This document shows positions 25,893 through 38,248 of a stretch of DNA of 64,000 nucleotides, piece after piece. Made by a program: the position numbers and the translations under genes. This DNA comes from Octopus sinensis (taxonomy: Eukaryota): assembly GCF_006345805.1 (NCBI RefSeq), contig NC_042997.1, forward strand, positions 26,598,001 through 26,662,000, read 5' to 3'. How positions within the stretch are numbered: the first letter of the stretch is position 1; every line of letters begins with the position of its first letter. The notes beneath the pieces are model-generated. The model ran no database searches. It was not told where the DNA came from and saw only the letters and a program-made list of their open reading frames with translations.

Positions 25893-26054
25893 GACGGGCT
25901 TCTTTTAGTTTCCGTCTACCAAATCCACTCACAAGGTTTTGATCGGCCCGAGGGTAAAGTAGAAGACACTTGCCCAAGATGCCACGCAGTGGGACTGAAT
26001 CCGGAACCATGTGGTTGGTAAGCAAGCTACTTACCACTCAGCCACTCCTACGCC
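25617..26054 (-). mobile_element. Full-length SINE family B
   Basis: Head ggcgtaggagtggctgagtggtaagtagc through tail gaaacaagtaaaagag, with an internal TA/CA tract. Confidence 0.9.
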
Positions 26055-26261
26055 TATCCAAAAAGATAGTTAAGTAATTTGGCAACACAATCAAGTGTGC
26101 GTGCGCCCACTCTTGTATATACATATATACACACACATGCATCTCCCTTATTCTACAACAGCTAGATTGATTGTGATTTCAAACTCTTGATTGTATTTCT
26201 TTTTCCTTTATTTCACATTTTGTTTTCTCGTTCCACCGTTTGCATCCACCTCTCCCGATGT

Positions 26262-26340
<79 letters not shown>

Positions 26341-26343
26341 ATC

Positions 26344-26407
<64 letters not shown>

Positions 26408-26585
26408 ACATTTCGGGATAGTCATTTTCTCTTAGCAAGTAAGCACACACAGAGTAGATTCCTTCTTCATTTCAAATTTATTATTTTTCTTATTTTTTGC
26501 CTTTGTTTAGAAATCGTTCGTCACACGTCCTATGACCTCTTCAGCGAATCTCCATTCCATATGTCTCCACCTGTTCTGTTTAGTC

Positions 26586-26681
<96 letters not shown>

Positions 26682-27651
26682 ACTTGCATTATGAAAAGTA
26701 CTTGTAAGATTATCAAGATTTCAGGATTACATCGAGAATTTCTTTTCTTAGATCAAAATATGTGAAGTGAAATGTTATGCTGAAGAACGCAACACGTCAC
26801 CTACTCCAAGAATTGAAACCCAAATCTTACAACCCTGAGTTTTCTAAGCTTTACATACCACTTAAGAGAATGTGCAAAAGCTATTTACAATTCTGTCATT
26901 GCTATTCTGTAGAACAGTCGTAAGTTTATTACTATTATAGATTACCTAACAATGTCTACTCAGACGCTGGTATAACATCACTCCAATTGTAACAATAAGA
27001 GGAATGATGGACACATTCTTTAATTACTCTAGCCATTTTTTAAATTGAACTGCTGTGCCAGTAATTTGTTATCTTTCAAGCTGGTTTCTATAAAACATTT
27101 TTGTCATTTAGTATCTTATGGTCATTTAGTATTTTATTTAAAAACTACACTCACGTCTGACATGAGCAATTATGTCAAGATTACTGTAAGCTCTCTAGCA
27201 GTTATTCTTTATACTAAATTCCCGTATAATTTTCACCTTGTCATTTTCTCAAACGAGTTGGGTTCGAATCGATAACAAAGCGTATATAGAGCTACTTCCT
27301 TATGTTATTGTTGCAAAGTGGATGGCATTGGCTCGAGAGAATGGGAAGCCTATCAGTATACACCTATAATCCTTACAGCTTTGCTGCGAGAGAGTATCAG
27401 ATGCCCTTAGTGCAAAAAAAAAATAAAATAAAATTTCTGTGGTTTTTACGATGACTCCAGTGCTATTTGCAGGTTTAATTTCCTCATCTTTTCTGCGCTG
27501 TAGTTTTACATGTCTCCTTTATCATATTTTATTCAATGTAAACCAGTAACCTTTCTTCTAATTCCATTTTGCAATATACCCTCATAAAAAGTTTCTTGCC
27601 TTCTGAAAAAAAAAATATCATTATATATATATGTTCAGAGAACGCATGAAT

Positions 27652-27689
<38 letters not shown>

Positions 27690-28243
27690 GAAAAGGATTC
27701 GATTTACTGTAGTTCATGACGTGCAGACATATTCTGAGAATATGACATCTACAGAGATTCCGAGAATTGAGATTTGGTCGTCATTTTTTTTTTTTTGTTG
27801 TACGTTCTCCAACAGCTCGTCTGTTTTATAGCGTTACAGTGCTGAGTCAAGCGACGTTCTGCTGCTCTTCCAGTCGGGCAACGTTGTTCGGGGTTCATTA
27901 ATCCTTTCTTCATATGGTGGTGAGTTTCAGGCAGCTGTTACAGTTTTATCTGAGACTTAGCAAGACCAACTATGTAACTTTCCCCGGAGGACAAGAGGTA
28001 ATTTTCCAAAACTGTTTTCGGAAATAATAGATTACTTCCTGAAATTCCCAATATGACAGTGCCATCGAAACTATAATCAGTCGAGGATAAACTCTACTGC
28101 TACAGTATCGCCATCACCTGACCCTATCCAAAATCGCATGCGGAGGAACGCAATCGATCTGCACTCCCTCACTCAGTGTCCGTTCATTAACAGCTTGTTT
28201 ATTTACATCGAACAGTAGATGTAAAATGTAAGATGGGTTCGAT

Positions 28244-28560
28244 ATGATCCGGCTGCCTCTATCACGAAGTTTAAATAATACGCAACAGTTTCCTGGTGAA
28301 GTACGGATCATGTTAAAAACTAAGTCATTTTTGAAACGGCCTAAAAAGGACATAGATACTAGCACAAAATTTCGTAGACTTTTTGAAATGCTATGTTTCA
28401 ACGATCCAGATGTCGTTGCCAACTATAACACAAGAGCTCTTGAAATGATTTTGGAACTCACAGACATGTACAGCACCGGAAGGAAATAAGAGTGGGAGCT
28501 GGATGAGGAAAGTCGGATGTTAGTAGATTTTCTAGCTATTTATAGATATCTCGTTTTAAT
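28244..28560 (+). pseudogene. Probable Crypton (tyrosine-recombinase transposon) N-terminal domain relic
   Basis: DIDTSTKFRRLFEM...LEMILELTDMYSTGRK*EWELDEESRML...AIYRYL resembles the Crypton/DUF3504-associated pattern NT..T...F...L..FY..ARK.DG..Y..S.....AI.RYL (recalled from memory). Confidence 0.55.
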
Positions 28561-28676
28561 AATTGTCTTATCATGACTTTTGTTTCTTTCATGTTAATAA
28601 TTGAGTTTATTACACACATGTGAGTGAGAACACTTTGAGATATTTTTGGTATCTAACATATGTCAGATACTGCAAG

Positions 28677-28778
28677 CGCTGCTTCTGATTGGTCAATCCA
28701 TGGTGATGACCCGAGGTCACGGTGACAACGCTGCTTCTGATTGGTCAATACATGGTGATGACCCGAGGTCACGGTGAC
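28677..28778. repeat. 52-bp tandem repeat x2 carrying an inverted CCAAT box
   Basis: cgctgcttctgattggtcaat(c/a)catggtgatgacccgaggtcacggtgac twice. Confidence 0.9.
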
Positions 28779-29329
28779 GGCACTACTTTTGTCATTCATA
28801 AGTTACAACTAAACGTGAAGAATTTAGTTATTGGGTTAATAAAATATGGTCGTTTATTCGTGTGTAATAAATAAAATACCAAACTCATTCCCTATGGATA
28901 CCGTATTTATTACAACCCGTGGCTTGTAATAAATACGGTGTCTATAGGGAACTCGTTTGGTATTCTCTATGAATTCACGCATGCTATTGTCAAACATCTT
29001 TCGCCCTTGTCCACGCCATAAAAAAATTGTATATCCCAATCAATTCATATTTATAAGCCTTTGATTAAGGTGCCTTTTATATTGTCTCACGTTATAGCTA
29101 ATAGAAAACAATATCATTATTATTATTTGATGAAAACCCTCAGCCTATTTTTCTGGGTATGATGGAGAGCGTCGGCTGTCTACAACCAGCAGACTAAGGC
29201 GATGCTTGTTTAATGGTCATGCTTCAAGAACCCAACGAAGAATTATTGCAGCTCCAAGCAATGCTGATTCTTGTAGCCGTTCTATCTTTACACATGTATC
29301 ATTCTTTTTGAGCCATGCTGGTAGTGCTA

Positions 29330-29381
<52 letters not shown>

Positions 29382-29460
29382 GAATTAATCGTTAACCCCA
29401 ATAGATTTTAAGGCCTTGTTGGTGATCACTCATTATTATTATCATTATTATTATTATTAT

Positions 29461-32037
29461 TCTATGTTTGACTTTTGCTTTATATTTGTACAAGTTGGCT
29501 CCAAGTCTCATCCAGAGACCTCAAGAGACAACAGGGTTGGAAGTTCATGTTGTTGTTATGCCTAGTGTGCCATATATTTGGGGGGTGGGGATGTTGTATT
29601 AATGAATGTCTAAAAAAAAAGTTTTTTTTTTTTTTTTTTTTAAACCGAAAATTATGTTTGTTTTAAACCTTGAGATTACATAGAGAGTACTTTGCGTAGG
29701 ATATGAGCAGTTCCCATGAGCACTATCTTTTGAACTTCTGCCATTTTGGGGTTTCCTGGTATCTGAGTTAGGTAGCTATCAGCCCCTTTTGCTATCATTC
29801 CCAGGGCACCTATGACAACAGGTATTGTTTTAGTCTTCAGCTTCCACATTTTGCTGATTTCTATTTCAAGATCTTTATATTTGCTCAGTTTTTGGTAGGT
29901 CTTGACAGATACGTTTATATCGATTGGGACAGTCATATCAATGAGGAGGCATGTTCTTTGTTTGAAGTCTTTCAATATGATGTCTGGCCTATTTGCATCT
30001 ATCTTCCTGTCAGTTTGAATGGTGAAGTTCCAGAGGAGTGAGATGTGGTCATTTTCAAGCACTGGGGGTGGTTTGTGTTCCCACCAGTTTTTTTTCATGG
30101 GGCAAATCCAGGTTTTTACAGATTACCCAGTGAATATATTGTGCAGCTCTATCGTGCCTGTTGAGATACTCTGTAGGCGCTAGAAGACTGCACTTGGAGA
30201 CCACATGGTCAATGGTTTCATTTTGTTGCTTGCATACACGACACGTTGGACTGCTTCTGATCTTTAATATGTTGGCCCGGTAGTTTCTTGTTGGTAGGCA
30301 TTGATCTTGAGCTGCTATGATAAACCCCTCTGTTTCAGATTTTAAGCCAGAGGCCATTAGCCATTGATGGGTCAGGGCTTTGTCCATATCTGCATTATTC
30401 GCTCTCATTGGGTATTTGCCATAGAGAGTTTTTTCTTGCCATTTATTTTTCGGAATATCTAAGGCCGCAGTTTTGGCACGGGTTTTCATGCGCCTAGCTT
30501 TTTCTGTGCTTGTTTCTTGTATATCTATCTCTAATTCCGAAATTGGTTGTATTCGGAATTCACTTAGATATTCCTTTGCCTGTTTTGTGACTGAGTATGA
30601 TGCTTTCTTGTTTTCATGTTTTGAGACAAGTTTAACATCCAGTCCTCAGAGTTTTTCAGGTAGGTGTCTAGGCCAATTGTAGCAATCTTCATTGTTATTG
30701 CCAGTTGCAAAAGACCACGGCCTCCCTCTTTTCTTGGCAGATTGAGTCGTTCTGTATCTGCCTTAGGGTGGTGCATTCTATGCATTGTCAACAGTTTCCT
30801 TATTTTTCTGTCGAGCTGACATATTTCAGTAATTGACCAGTTAACAATATTGAAACTGTAAGTCACGACTGGTATAGCTAATGCATTGATCGCTTCGATC
30901 CTGTTTCTTGCATTCAGCTCTGTCTTGAGTATTGCTCTCACTCTTCGATAGCATTCTCTCCTGATCCTTTCCTTCATCTCTGAATGCCTTATTCCGTTCC
31001 CTTCAATTACCCCTAGGTACTTGTAGCTCTCCGCTGGGTCTAGTTCTTTTATGACATTCTGTTGGTCAAGGTTAACGTTAGATGTTTCTGTCATTTTTTC
31101 TTTGATAAAGGTAGCCTTTGCACATTTATCGAGGCCGAATTGCATTCTGATGTCGTCACTGAATTGTTTGACTATCGCTAGTAAGCCCTTCAGTTGTTGA
31201 TCACTTTTTGCAAAAAGCTTTAAATCATCCATGTAAACGAGATGATTTATATTTTTATCAAATATTTTATACCCGTACTGCGCGTCATTGAGCAGCTTTG
31301 AGAGAGGTATTAAGGATAAACAAAAGAGGAGTGATGACAGTGAGTCACCCTGGAAAATGCCACACGAAATTTTTACATCACCAGCATTTAGGGATTCACT
31401 GTCACTGTTCAGAGTTAGTGTGGTTCTCCATGATCTCATACTTACAGTCAAGAAGTTTCGCAGAGTTGGTGCTATCTTATACATTTCAAGGCATTTCCTA
31501 ATCCAGCTATGTGGTAGGCTATCAAAAGCCTTTTTATAGTCTATCCAGGCTATTGATAAGTTTTTGTGTCGTTTGTGACAATCTTCTAAGATCATCTTAT
31601 TGATGAGTAGTTGGTCTTTACAGCCGAAGGATCCACGTTTACATCCTTTCTGTTCATTAGGGAATATGCTGCTGTCTGTTAAAAAACTATAGGTATATTC
31701 CGTCAGGACAGATGTTAGTGTTTTGTACATAGTTGTTAAGCAGGTTATGGGTCTATAGTTTTTTGGTTCATTTGTTTCTTCACTTTTTGGAAGCAGGAAT
31801 GTTAACCCATTAACTAGCCAAGGAGGCATCCTACTAGGGTGTTGCAAAACATCATTGTACAGTTCTGTTAGCAGTTCATGGCTCTCTGGGAAGGCATTCA
31901 GCCAGAAGTTAGGAATTTTATCCTTTCCTGGAGACTTCCATTTGCTTGACCTCCTGAGAGCAGATCTTATATCTTCTACCTTGACACCCTCCCACTTTTG
32001 CTCTTCTAAGGGGTCCAGTTCTGTAGATATTCTGTCA
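29461..32037 (-). mobile_element. R4/Dong-clade LINE, 5'-truncated: RT, CCHC finger and restriction-like endonuclease
   Basis: ORF 30564-31847 (NYRPITCL, DYKKAFDS, GIFQGDSLS, YMDDLKLF), 30055-30489 (CRVC..ETIDHVVSKC), 29676-30098 (NRPDII..LIDMTVP..KLSKY). (ATT)n flanks both ends. Confidence 0.92.
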
Positions 32038-32339
32038 ATTATTATTATTATTATGATTATTATTATTATTATTGTTATTATTATTATTGTTGTTGTTGTT
32101 GTTGTTGTTATCCTCTTTAAATTCTGTTTCCATTTCTTACCGAGTGTCTTCCTGACACCCTAGGCTAGAGACACCCACTGTATATATGTATGTATTGGTA
32201 AGTCGTAAAAACACACCCGATTGTTCATTTACAAAGTCATGTGATAGAGATAAAAAAAGTAAGACAGACAGAGAGCAAATGGAGAAAAAAATGAAAAACA
32301 AAACAGTAAACAAAGAAATTAAAGGGGTGAAAAACGAAA

Positions 32340-32710
32340 GAAGATAAATTCACAGCGACAATGCTCTTCTTCAACAAATTGAAAATTGTAAATAACAACC
32401 AGAACGACTAAGGAATTAATAGCTAAAACCTTGTTACGAACATTTAATTCGAATTTTAGGACGGTTCGAACTTTCCTGTAAGATCCCTTCCTGATTTTCT
32501 CTTTCATGCTCATTTATTCTGAATATTGTAAGTTTGTTCCTGCTCGAGTTCTTTTATAACTGTGTCAACATCATACACCACTGAATCTGAGTCTTCAGCT
32601 TCATGTCTGGAAAGTGGCCTTGGAACTTTTATCAAGACCAAATTCCATCCTGATGTTACCACTGAATGCTTTCACATTATGTTGTAGTCCTTCAAGCTCA
32701 TTATCGTTTT
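32340..32710 (-). mobile_element. R4/Dong-clade RT fragment
   Basis: RMEFGLDKSSKATF...ELEQEQTY and MKEKIRK..YRKVR..LK.ELN.RNK..AINSL. Confidence 0.8.
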
Positions 32711-32835
32711 AAAATAGACGACTTAGTCGCCAATTTTATACCCTTACACTGTTCTGTTAAGTCCACTTGCAAGGGGTATTAGGGCTATGCAAAAAATTAA
32801 AGGGGAAAGTGTGTCACCTTAGAAAATGTCGCAGT

Positions 32836-32879
<44 letters not shown>

Positions 32880-33106
32880 CCACAATGTTCATCAATACCA
32901 CAATGTTCATCAATACCACCATCGTTCTGCCTATAGCATTTAAAATTATTAATAATAATATGAGTCCCGGTATATTGCACCAGATCTTCGTCACTGTTTA
33001 TCAAATTTTCGAAAAGGGTTCACCTTTCACTCCTTATAAAATTATCTCAATCCTCTCCCACTATTCTTTCTTTCCATATAAAGTATGTTTACCTTTGCAG
33101 TTAATA

Positions 33107-33107
<1 letters not shown>

Positions 33108-33201
<94 letters not shown>

Positions 33202-33224
33202 TATTATTATTATTATTATTATTA

Positions 33225-33270
<46 letters not shown>
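33108..33270. repeat. (ATT)n microsatellite
   Basis: Read directly from the sequence. Confidence 0.95.
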
Positions 33271-33273
<3 letters not shown>

Positions 33274-34975
33274 TAGTTTCATTTTTATAACGTGCTTTCA
33301 CTTCACTACCGAGCGCAGCTCTGTGTGCCTTGGGTATGTGCTGTGGTTTGCTGTGATGCTCTTATGGTTACTGTATTGAAAGGGTTTTAAGTAGGATGTG
33401 TGCAGTGCCCAGTAGTACCATTTTCTGTATGTTATATATATTCGTTAGTCTTGGTGTTTTTGTTCTGTATTTGTCTGAATATTTTTTATCATAACTAATG
33501 CGCCTACTATGATAGGAATTGTTTCTGTTTTTAGACTCTACATTCGATTTACCTCTATTTCCACGTCTTTGTATTTTGAAAGTTTTTAGAGAAACGTTGT
33601 CGTCTGTTGGTAATGATACATCAATTAGGAAGCACGTTTTTTGTTTCATAATCTCTGACAACTATATCTGGCTTATTGGCCTTAATTTCTCTGCCTGTGT
33701 GTATTGGCATATCCCATAATATGGTTGCTCTTTATAATATGGTCATGTCTGTTAATATATTCCTTCTTAGCCAGGACTGGGCAGCCAGAGACAATATGAT
33801 TTATTGTTTCTTGTCCATCTCCACATATTCTGCCGTTACTTATTATGTTTCTTTTCATCATATGTTTTTGGTAATTTCTGGTGGGGTGGCTTAGATCTTG
33901 AGCTGCAATTATAAATCCTTCAATTGAATCCTGAGCTTCTCAGCCATTGTTGGTATTTTGCTTTGTCTGTTTCTTTTGCGTTTAATTTAGACCAATATAG
34001 GGTCTTTTCTTGCCATCGTTTTATCATGGTCCGTTGCTGTTCCAGATTTAGTTTGGATTTCATTCGTTTTACAGCTTTTGTTATATCTTCTTCTTCATAG
34101 TTGTTAGGTAGTATGACTTCTTATTTGTATTAAATAAGTCTTCCTTAAAGACTGAAAACAGTTTTTAAAAATTTTGTTTGTGTTTTGTGGCTAATTGTAT
34201 TAGTTTTTTTGAAGTCCTACGGTGGTTATTTTATTATAGTTTTCTAGCTGTATTTTTGAAGTCCTACGATGGTTATTTTATTATACTTTTCTAGCTGCAT
34301 AACGTCTCTACCACCGTCTATACGTTCTATATATAACCTTTCTATGACAGATTTTGGGTAATACATCCTAAATCCTGTCATTATTTTTCTTGTTTTCCTG
34401 TTTATTTTGGTCAGTTCATTTAGTGTCTAGTTGAGGATATTGTAGCTGTAACTTATAACTGGAACGGCTAGAGTGTTGATGCTCATTATCTTGTTTTGCG
34501 CATTGAGATCTGTTTTCAGTATTAATCTAACTCGTCTATAGTATTCTTTTTTTAAATTTTTTCTTTCATTTGTGTGTTTTGTATAGTATCTAGTTCATTG
34601 ATTCCTAAATATTTGTATGTCTGGCTTTGGTCTAATTCTTGTATTTCATTTGCTTTATCTAGTGTGATGTTGTTACACTTAAGTAGTTTTCCTCTTTCCA
34701 ATGTTGCTTTGGCACAATTTTCTAAGCCAAATTTCATATTTATTTCTTTGGTAATTCCCTGTACTGTCTGTAGTAATGCTTCCAGCTGTTTATCATTTGT
34801 AGCGTACAGTTTTAGATCATCCATATGCAAGAGGTGGCTGATAGCTTTGCTATAACAGTTGTATCTGCATCTAGTCCTGTTTAGTATGTCATGTCAGATA
34901 AAGGTGTCAGTGCCAAGCAGAAAAAGAGTGGATAGAGCGTATCTCTCTGGAATATTCCACTTCTAATGTAACAAA
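33271..34975 (-). mobile_element. Second, more decayed R4/Dong-clade LINE with a different 3' UTR
   Basis: HMDDLKLYA...MKFGLENCAKATL (34552-34830) and CFLIDVSLPTD...MVLLGTAHIL (33368-33661). The 3' end runs into (TAA)n. Confidence 0.85.
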
Positions 34976-36655
34976 GCGTCCACCATTTATGGATGATTCC
35001 CTATTCCGGGCAGATGACACCACTCAGGTGACAACCCCCACCACCAACAACCCATGGCTCTATTTTGTGTTGTCGTTGCTGCTGAGGATTTTACGAGGCT
35101 GGAGTGAAAATCGTAACTCAGCATGTTTTCGCCGCCTTTTACAAAACGCACCCAAAACCTTGGTATCTTCTTTGACGTACCACACGTGTTGAATATATAT
35201 TATGTCCTGTCGGCTGTGTTGCTTGTGATTCTCGTTGTCTAACTTCAGGTCAATCTAAGATCGAAAGCATTCTAAACCTGACCATCCCGTCTTTATAGAT
35301 ACATCTACAACTATATTATCCAACCTGTTATTTCTTTTATAAGATTACAGGTTGTGATTTGAGAAAGGATTTTACTGCTTTTTCTAAGTGGTCACGTGTG
35401 GTATTACATCATTGAATAGCAATTGAGTGAAATGCAACTTGGTGATTCGCAGATGTATTATAATATCGTCTGTCGTTTATCAGGGAGTAAGTTACATATC
35501 AATTTATTGGATAGAACATGTATAGAATATATGGTGAGTGGATTGTGTTATATTATTGAGTTGTAATCATTTAGAATATGTGCTCCCTGTATAGTGATGT
35601 TTGCTTTGTTATAGGGTTGCTTAGAAGCTAAAAAGAATGCCGGTGATAACAGATATAAAATCAACCCATTGAAAACCCATTAAAGACGATGCAGATGGAC
35701 GAAGTCAATAGTGTCTTTAAAGCAAACTGTTGAAAGTAGTTGGCTTTAAAGTATTATTCATTATTGTATCTCCTCAGCAAGCCTATTTTATTCAGATGCA
35801 AGATTTAGAAGTAATCATCATATAAAGAAATAGACAGAAGATGTTGAAGCTGATGATACATATCAACAAAATGGCTGCGGCAAATATTTCAGGGACGGTT
35901 CTATACAGTAGGCCATCATCACATACATGATATATATATATATATATATATAATAAAATAATTTGAAAGACTTCGATTTAATGCGATACATATTTATTTG
36001 TGAAATGAGTGGATACTCTTCAGAGGTGTTTAAAATGTAAATGAACATAAAAAGAACAAGAACGATGGACTTATGATATCAGACAAGGGAATTAAAAATG
36101 ATAACAAAATCGTTTTGTTCACTTTATTCTTTATTATATCTAATGTTCCACTTGCTATTGGTATCATTGTTTTGTTTTTTCCATTTTACATACCTTCAGT
36201 GATTCTCGATTCTCGATTTTTGTTCGAGCGAGGTATTAGTCAGAGGAAATCAAGATGTGCATCGGAGAGAAGATAATTGACTCCTGTTCTTCATATTATC
36301 ATCAAAATGATTCGCTTTGATTCCCATGGCATACCTGGGACAAGAATATCACAGACATATCATTAACGGGTAGGATTTTACTTCAAACTATCAGCTTATT
36401 GCTCGATAAACATAGAAGCCAACTTAATCGTATCTCTGGATAAACTCGCTAAAGAGTGGATTTTGCAAGGACTGCGCAGTTACAAATCACCCGGCCAATC
36501 GTTTTATTGTCTTCGTTGCATAGATTACACTCGAGGTTAGTCTCTTGTTTCAATAATTTCTTCTCCCTGTTATGTTATTGTTAGATAGGCAGTGTTCCAG
36601 TAAAGTATAGAATTAATCGTTAACCTCAATAGATTTTAAGGCCTTGTTTGTGATC

Positions 36656-36728
<73 letters not shown>

Positions 36729-36970
36729 CTGCCAATAATATTAATAATAATAATAATAATAATATTTATATTTTTATTGTTATTATTGACCGTCGTTGAT
36801 GCTACTGCTGCTTTGACGATGACGATTGTGATGACAATGATGGTGATGAAGATGAGAACAATGATGACAGAGGCAAGCAGAGATAATTTCTTAAGCGCAA
36901 ATTGTTGATTTATAGGGAAACGTTATTGCAGTTTAAGTAGTCGGTCATGCATTATTGAGATAAACACGGA

Positions 36971-37012
<42 letters not shown>

Positions 37013-37628
37013 CAAGTGATAGAAAGAATTGGGGGAAAAAAGGGCAATTAATAAGAAGGTTGCAAGGTGTTGTATATATAGTGGATGTCCTTCAGTGAGT
37101 TTTGGATTACTTTACGATTTTAAATTGGCGCGTGAGGTGTGATATAGTTTATATGGAGATTGTTAATTAGAGATGTATAAAAGCATACATGCATATAAGT
37201 TTATATATATATAAATGTAAAGATTATATATATATGTGTGTGTGTGTGTGTGTATGAAAATGAGTACATATGAATGAATGTATATGTTTACACACAAATA
37301 TGCATGTACATATATATATGTATATATATATGTGTATATCTATATGTGTATATGTATATATGTGTCTCTGTCTATATATATATAGTGTATATAGATATAG
37401 TATATATCTATATATAGAGAGCGAGAGAGAGAGAGAGAGAGAGAGGACAGAGAGAGAGAGTGTACGAAAGACAGGTGGTGTACAAAAACAAACAGAGTAT
37501 TATTATAACGCAGAGGATAGAAAATGTCTTTTTACGTCGAGCCTACGCTCTTCTACAGAAAGGGACACAGAAAAACAAGACGAGAAAAAAAAAAGTGTGT
37601 AGTTTGTAGTAGCTAACGATCTATCATG

Positions 37629-37677
<49 letters not shown>

Positions 37678-38206
37678 ATATAAGTATATATACATATCTA
37701 TATATATATATATGTATATAAGTATATAAACGTAGATACTGTTTACAATATATATTATATATATTGTATATATAAGTATATATACATATGTAATATAGTA
37801 TATATATATTATAGTATATATAAGTAATATACATAATGTATATATATGTATATAGAAAGATGTCTATTTAATATAACATAGTATAGATATGTATATATAG
37901 ATATGTTATATATTATATACATATGTATATATAGTTATATATATATATATAGGATATATATAATATGTGTGATATATAGGTATGTACATATATATGTATA
38001 TAGATTATGTATATTATGCATAGGTGTATATATGTAGCGTATATGTGTATATTATATGTGGATATATATTTCATATATATATACATATATATGTATATTA
38101 TATATATTTAATATAAAATATTATTGAGACAAAACCACTATTTTGCAAAACAAACAAGGAAAGACTTAATCAATACATAAAATTTAATAAATAGTAAAAA
38201 AAACCG

Positions 38207-38248
38207 CCACTACAATCGTTCTTGTCTTGATCGACAATCTTCAGGTGG
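38207..38248 (-). ncRNA. Hammerhead copy lacking one A of GAAA
   Basis: Same as 43914-43956 except GAA. This could be a homopolymer sequencing error. Confidence 0.55.
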
